DNA of 64,000 bases from Haliotis rufescens (taxonomy: Eukaryota): contig NW_025963791.1 of assembly GCF_023055435.1 (NCBI RefSeq), positions 10,230,001-10,294,000 on the forward strand, read 5' to 3'. Positions 58,401-64,000 of this stretch are shown piece after piece. The notes beneath the pieces were generated by a model. The model was not told the DNA's origin and made no database searches. It was given only the letters and a program-made list of their open reading frames with translations. Each line of letters starts with the position of its first letter. Position 1 is the stretch's first letter. The position numbers were made by a program, and so were the translations under genes.

Positions 58401-61400
58401 GTTTTATACCTTTTTCAACATGATGCGTTCATAAACGCATTATTTTTTAGTTATGTCCAGATTATATATAATTTTTATATGTTATATGCCCACTCCTTTT
58501 TTTTATATTTTACAACGTCGTAGAAAATTCTGATCTTGCTAACGTTGTACAGTTCACATATCATTCCATATGAAATAGCTTACATAATATGTTTTACGAA
58601 ACTCGTGTAATATTTCAATTTTACAAGAACTCTGACGCTCGTTTCGTAAAATCAGTTTGACACACATGCTTGTATAACAATCTCAATATATGTACTGTAA
58701 ATACAAATGATTGCATAAGGTGAGACCCTTATAAAATATGTCTGTCAGTTTGTCTGTCTGTATGGATGAGGTAGGTAGTACGGTAATAAGCAGCTTCTGA
58801 ACCATGAAGTGTGTGTAGTAAAACAGTAGTCATAATGGGAAGACTAACCCCGAGTCCACTTGCACATGTCATATTTTGCGCTCATATTATCGTAAGTCTA
58901 GATGAACGTAAAAGCTGTTGTCAGAAATGTAATTCACATATCTTCTGAATAAATATTCAGAACTAATAGAACGCTAGGAAGCTTTAAACATCATTCACGA
59001 CAACAGAGGGGCGTGAAAAGACATCACTTGCTTTTTGGTAAGGTGAACTAAAGTGTAAATATTCATCTCAATCATAGCCGGACTTGTTGAAATATTATAC
59101 TTCTTTGTCAAACAGTTAAGTAGTTAATCTAAAGGGTTATACTCGAGAAGGAATATCCCATGGAGTTGATGGTCCCAGCTGTATCAAACAGTGCACCACG
59201 CCTGAAGGAGAACGTCTCATCGTTGACGACCACTTTGTCCACGTTGCCATCGAATCCCTTTCTGACACCTGTCCGGTTGGTGATGAGCGCCCATATGTGT
59301 GGAGGGGCGCCACCTATGAAGACCTCTTTCTGAGGACGGTAGTTTCTTCCAACACAGGATAGTTGCATGGCCTCTCCTTTGTCCAGCCTTAACACGGAGC
59401 CATTGCCTTCAGCCTCTATTGTCAAATAGTACCAAGTTCGAGTCTGCAAAATACGACAGTACCACTGCTTTATAATATCATTGAGTTAACACATTAAATT
59501 GTACATACAATTGATTTCTTTTACATTTAGTATGAGCTGAACGAAGAAACAGACTTAGTTTAGTTTTGTTAAGGTGGTCAAACATAATGTCGTGACAAAT
59601 ACTACATTCAAGCTTGATTTCCTTCCAAGTTAAAAAAATTAGCCGTCCCTTCAATATTAATTGAAGTAATTCAAACTAACGTGATTGTCTGAAAGTTCAC
59701 TGCAAGAGGTATAAATTGTGCGTTTTGGGGCCCACTAGATATGCATTAAGAAATAAGGAACAACTGAAGAAATTAATACATGGCCATGAGAAAAGTACTT
59801 TGTTGAACACCTGCATGTTCTTGACTCATATCATTACCAAATGTAGAACAAAGTCTGGAAGCTTTTCCTACTATTTAAACAAAAAAAGTTACGGAGCATG
59901 CATATTAAATATTTTTTGGGATGTGTTTTAGTTGAGACTAAGCACAGAATTTCCTTAAATATATCCCCAAAATGAATTTACGTTGGTTTTTTTATCACAT
60001 TGTTTCGAGATTGCTGAAAGCCCCACACTTATGACTTACATTCTTCTAACACCATATGCCTGGCGAATCCTATTGCGTTACAGTTCACACTACGAGTGAT
60101 GCTGAGCTCTCAAGTCGCCCCCTTACAGTGGTTGGTTGGTTGGCTGGTTTGTTGTTTGACGCCGCTCTCAGCAATATTCCAGCTATATGACGGTGGTCTG
60201 TAAATAATCGAGTCTGGACCACACAATCCAGTGATTGACATCATGAGCATCGATCCACGCAATTGGGATCGATGACATGCATCAACCAAGTCAGCGATCC
60301 TGGCCACCCGATCCCGTTAGTCGCCTCTTACGACAAGCATAGTCGCCTTTTACGGCAAGCATGGGTTGCTGAAGACCTATTCTACCCCGTATCTTCACGG
60401 GTCCTCTACACACTAATTTTCAGCAGCTTAGACCACAGAACACCCATGCCCCCTGTACATGGTAGAAAGAAAAAAGGATAATGTCTATCATGAGAAGATC
60501 CCTGAGGACTTCCATAACAAAGACAATGTTGTAAGTTATGGAACCCACAAGTATAAAATTTGTGGTGCACACAAATCATCCCCTAAAAAAACCAATAAAA
60601 TGTTACTTACTTGGAATATAAATGTTTTTTGACAAAATATGTCTTTCTTGTTACAGGCAAAGCAGAGTTTCAGTGCGCCTTGTTCGGAAAACAGGGCGAT
60701 GAGGGATCCAGGCACTACGCCCTCGTTATATAAGATGAAGCCATTAGATTTGCGCATGCGCACTGTCATCACAATCTTTAACATCCGGTCATGTCGGAAG
60801 CTTAATCGAGCGTAATGGCGGCCTCGGAAGTCAGGGTAGTTGACATCAACGTCTGAAACATGGATTCAGATTTGAATCAAATTCCATTTGTGCATGAGGG
60901 TTTACATGTTGTGGAAAATGGTTAAGTGAACCGGTAATGGTAGTGAAACTTGTGTCCAGGGGCCCGTTCCGGTCAGCGCTGTGGTGATTGTAGCTCTCAC
61001 CCTTTAACATAGACTTACAGCTGCCGGAGCGCTACGATCGCTTTATGGAAACGGGGTCCTGCCATAAGAACTACACGCCATTAGAGTGAGTTAAATCGAA
61101 ATGTCGCATCGGCATTATTTCGGCCGTATGGCGACGTAAGAAGACCGCTTTCGTGGTTAAGTGGATAGAGCGTCTGCCTAGAGAGCGGATGGTCGATGGT
61201 CAATCACCGACCGAGTTATACCAGAAGACGTTAAAAGATGGTACTTGTTGTTACCCTGCCTGGCGCTCGGCATTAAGGGGCTAAAACAAGGACTTGTCGG
61301 CTCGGAGTCATAATATCAGTCTGAATAGGGGTATCCATGTTAAACTGCGGCATGGCACATTTTGTATCTCTGGGCGAGCATTACTGAACCTGGATTAGTC

Positions 61401-63683
61401 AGAGTGGTACAAGTGGACGCACAACCACACACTCACATACGTGCATATGACACGATGCCATATACCTGCAGTCATCTTTAAGGCGACGTTAAACCCCATT
61501 TCACCTCTCCTAAATATTTAAGCTTCATTCGATTGACCAATTATAAACTACAGCATGTGATCAAGGATCCTTTATTTGGTATTGTTATACCTCTATTAAG
61601 AATCTTTCAATTCCATTGGTTAATCCGTACAAAGTGACGAAACATTTCAATATAGACCCCAAATCATATGACTGACACTGACCTCGAACAATGACTCGTC
61701 ACATGATCAGTACTGACCTGTCACGTGATGAATATTGACTCGTCTGCCAGCAAACAAGATGGCGTCTGGTATACTTACATTTTATGGTTCGCAACTAAGT
61801 TACCGTAATGATACAGGTGACGTTTTAGAGGCTTTATAAACTTTCAAGTGAATTTTGGTATAACCACACGAATGAGTACTCTTGACGAGGCCAATATGCG
61901 TAAACAAGGACCGTCGGACCCGACCTCTTCAGCGGTCAGACCACCCCAGGCGTCGGTTCCTCGTGTCCTTGTTTTCGCAATTTTCGTCAAGAGCAATTAT
62001 TTGTAAATTTCTATTTGTGTATTTTTGCTCATTTGAATACATGCTTTTGTCACAGATTATGTCTTTTATTTGAACACATATATTGTCACATTCACAGGTT
62101 CATCATGACACATGATATGATCCAAGCTAGAAGAAGAAGATATGGCCACTGTTTAAACCTGTAACTGTAGTTTCGGCTTTAAGTTCAGAGGACAGGGAGG
62201 CATGAGCTCACCTGATAGCTGTTTCTCAATGAACTCTTCTTTGTCAGGTGCTCCTATCCCTAACCAGAAGGGCGACTGGTAAAGAGCGATGTCCTTGAAA
62301 TTAATACGTAGTATGGAGATCACGCCGTGGAAACCTGCAACAAATTGAAACCTGTTACAAATACAATCTTGTTTCAGACAATTTACGATTCTTATAGGAC
62401 TAACGACAGCGCTACAATCCCTTTGTGAAAAGTGACACAGGGCCCCGTTCCACAAAACGATCTTAGCGCTACGACTGCCTTTGGTCTATGTTGAAGTATG
62501 CATATGGGAGCTGCAATCGTCTTAGCGCTGAGATACCTTTGTGGAACGAGGCCCTGAATATGCAAGCGTTAAGTAGAGTATTTTTTCTCGTCCCTATATG
62601 ACAATTTAACTTGACATGTTCCTTATTTCTTAAATATTCCTTTCCCGCAAAGCGACTTTTGTGAAATGCCAATGTTAAAGATGGGAGTTACGATCATCTT
62701 AGTGCTAAGATAGCTCTGTCAATTTTGAGGATCCCAGATAATGAAACTGATATAGGACCATTCATTTTGAGCACCGTTGGACCGCTGCAAGTCTTACTGT
62801 GCGGCATAAAACACTATTCATCCACTCATTTACTCAAGCTCCAGATGTAGAAACCAACAGTTTTAGTCTACTCGTCCTCATAACGACAACATATGGCAAA
62901 ACCCTTAAAATGGCAATTTTTTACTGGTCCTTATGATAGATACCTTAACTGTTGGGCAGTTTGACAAGGACTATAGGACCAGTGCCAATTTCTAACGCTG
63001 ACGCTGCTCTATGCCCACTTGCCAGTATATGTCTACTGTCCCTATATTGTTGCAACCAAATCTATCATTTTTCCACATTACACCGACGGCGTGGATTTTC
63101 GCTCATAATATCAATCACAATTACGTTAAATAAAGTACCGTATTCGACGTAATAAGCGCCCACGGCGATATTTACATATATATTGGCTAGTGAACAATCA
63201 CAATTAGCACCCCTTCCGATTGATCAATGTACACAAGACTTATTTATTCGTGTATGATAATTATTGGCAATTTAATTCTCGAAAATATATCTATCGTGTA
63301 TAATATGCACAGATTCTTCTTTTATATCATTTCAGGCTGTTAGCATAAACCACAAAATCTTTCAACTGTTTTTTATCTCACCAAAATTATATTCTTATAA
63401 GAGCCCCTTATTTTTAATTTTGAGAGCGCCCTGTGCGCTCATTACGTTATTAATGCACAATAAACATGCATTGGAAGTAAGTTAGTCACTGGGAGGTCTG
63501 TAACTACGAATTCTACTTACCGTCATTACCGGTCTCTCCAGTGCCGACCCTCATGGAACCATCTAGATTCATTTCTTCCAAAAACGGGGAATCGGGGATA
63601 AATGTAGTATGTTCGCCGTCATTTACACGGATGTAGCTTTTGACACGTGACACAAACACAAGCAAGTCATTCCATTCCGATGC
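48967..63683 (-). CDS. Uncharacterised single-pass membrane protein (partial LamG - LamG - Ig-like - TM - acidic and Ser/Pro/Arg-rich tail); 11 exons, 2223 nt / 740 aa in window, 5' end beyond window
   Basis: Exons 63683-63521, 62334-62212, 60852-60611, 59443-59143, 55826-55672, 54617-54491, 54190-54091, 52256-52018, 50968-50854, 49830-49699 and 49492-48967 splice GT-AG into one open frame. Confidence 0.85.
49699..49830 (-). CDS. LamG/Ig membrane protein cytoplasmic exon
   Basis: TCATAG|T ASSRHSPEPSP...SARRNS AG|GTAAAC. Confidence 0.82.
49935..50415 (-). mobile_element. SINE family A with nested family B element (50053-50296)
   Basis: B insert flanked by duplicated TCAGACGTTTAC from the A body. 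Confidence 0.82.
50854..50968 (-). CDS. LamG/Ig membrane protein cytoplasmic exon
   Basis: TTCCAG|CG TERMHQLGSQVAARLIEENKDKVLELISSMVSLNNLR GA|GTAGGT. Confidence 0.8.
50983..51271 (-). mobile_element. SINE family A, full length, next to a splice acceptor
   Basis: Reverse complement of the A consensus with a long (ACTC)n tail. Confidence 0.9.
52018..52256 (-). CDS. LamG/Ig membrane protein cytoplasmic acidic exon
   Basis: CAATAG|A KKMATGSTDDK...QEEDEGED...DDEDEKQQDVD G|GTAGGT. Confidence 0.85.
52498..52847 (+). mobile_element. SINE family D, full length
   Basis: Collinear with 32354-32697. Confidence 0.85.
53753..53921 (+). mobile_element. SINE family C
   Basis: Full length; TCAAAGAAA duplicated at the flanks. 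Confidence 0.9.
54091..54190 (-). CDS. LamG/Ig membrane protein transmembrane exon
   Basis: GGCAG|TT LKVTPEWTIIIVLIVIVVFIFIAAALLVKKDA AT|GTACGT. Confidence 0.85.
54491..54617 (-). CDS. LamG/Ig membrane protein exon (second half of Ig-like domain)
   Basis: CTTCAG|NESSVTL...TQGLYACVV...NESL G|GTAAGA; GxYxC motif. Confidence 0.85.
54870..55153 (+). mobile_element. SINE family A, diverged
   Basis: GAGTTGCGTCCCTTGGGCAC...GGTTCGAATCCCGGTTCGCCC...AAGCTGACACGCCG. Confidence 0.8.
55672..55826 (-). CDS. LamG/Ig membrane protein exon (first half of Ig-like domain)
   Basis: TGTGCAG|CA HVSNVIEHSTSKVTLRCDF...AQWLLED...IRQR|GTAATT; VTLRC and W are Ig hallmarks. Confidence 0.8.
56093..56245 (+). mobile_element. 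SINE family C
   Basis: Small deletion in the head. Confidence 0.82.
56340..57010 (+). mobile_element. LINE RT remnant
   Basis: MIAPIVMYGSDIWG...IQRVHLIFLK...GE motif. Confidence 0.6.
56385..56465. repeat. Near-perfect 80-bp palindrome (probable internally deleted MITE)
   Basis: CCGAGGCAAGGGAGTTAACTGACTCTAAAAGT / ACTTTTATAGTCAGTTAACTCCCCTGCCTCGG; the left arm recurs at about 12429. Confidence 0.75.
57130..57205. repeat. Perfect 27-bp inverted repeat with 22-nt spacer
   Basis: CATTCTCGTTAGATACCATTTTTACGA (57130-57156) / TCGTAAAAATGGTATCTAACGAGAATG (57179-57205). Confidence 0.85.
59143..59443 (-). CDS. LamG/Ig membrane protein exon (second half of LamG)
   Basis: TTGCAG|TRTWYYLTI...VFIGGAP...GFDGNVDKVVVND...FS A|GTATAA; the donor is weak but the phase fits. 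Confidence 0.85.
60129..60403 (-). mobile_element. Family B, full length
   Basis: 5' end GACCCGTGAAGAT; (CCAA)n tail. Confidence 0.9.
60611..60852 (-). CDS. LamG/Ig membrane protein exon (first half of next LamG)
   Basis: TTTCAG|AC VDVNYPDFRGRHYARL...VRMRKSNGFILYN...TFIFQ|GTAAGT. Confidence 0.88.
61143..61510 (+). mobile_element. SINE family D, diverged
   Basis: Collinear with other D copies. Confidence 0.75.
62212..62334 (-). CDS. LamG/Ig membrane protein exon (LamG end, GFHGVISILRIN)
   Basis: TTGCAG|GT FHGVISILRINF...EKQLS G|GTGAGC. Confidence 0.85.
62441..62553. mobile_element. Harbinger-like MITE copy
   Basis: GGCCCCGTTCCACAAA ... TTTGTGGAACGAGGCC. Confidence 0.75.
63521..63683 (-). 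CDS. LamG/Ig membrane protein exon (second half of a LamG domain)
   Basis: ATCTAG|ASEWNDLLVFVSRVKSYIRVNDG...MNLDGSMRVGTGETGND G|GTAAGT. Confidence 0.85.
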
Positions 63684-64000
63684 CTAGATGAAAGGAAATA
63701 TCTTGGAGATAATCATGCATAGTGTGTCAGTAATCATATCTTAACATATTACAACTAAACAGAGGTTGCGTTTCCTTAAACTTCGCCCCTGTCGGAATAA
63801 AACAATGGCATTGTTATGTGTAGCTTACATTACAAGAGAGAAAAATGGTGAATTTACGTTTCAAACATTATACGAGGCCTTATTTTCTGATTATATATTG
63901 TTCCTAAAACCATTAGGTCGGTCATTGAAATGAAAATATAATTGAAAAAAATAATTACTATAAAGTGACAAAGGTCTGGGAAAGTTTAGACCCGAAAATG

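Overview
This is eukaryotic (animal) genomic DNA, AT-rich, with spliced genes and dense repeats. The SINE repertoire (V-, Meta- and Nin-domain-like families) suggests a gastropod mollusc, plausibly abalone; this is inference. Genes were reconstructed by hand from GT-AG boundaries with consistent phases. (1) A local cluster of three AQP8-like aquaporins: paralog A (- strand, first coding exon only, 6315-6556), paralog B (+, 5 exons, 19577-28845, 312 aa) and paralog C (+, 5 exons, 37046-48736, 276 aa), with different ar/R filters. (2) The 3' part (11 exons, 740 aa, - strand, 48967-63683) of an unrecognised single-pass membrane protein with LamG-LamG-Ig-TM domains and an acidic then Ser/Pro/Arg-rich tail; its stop codon lies 230 bp from that of aquaporin C. 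The rest is four SINE-like families sharing one 3' hairpin tail, three dead Tc1 (DD34E-type) copies, LINE remnants, MITEs and several minisatellite arrays, three of which appear to derive from mobile elements. The best leads are a head-less Nin-like retroposon with a fixed, structurally covarying 5' end (candidate ribozyme or structured promoter), an insertion whose target-site duplication copied a splice acceptor, diversified aquaporin filters, and MITE-seeded satellites. No CRISPR arrays, rRNA or convincing tRNA genes were found. Family names come from memory of published consensus sequences and need database confirmation; repeat boundaries are approximate.
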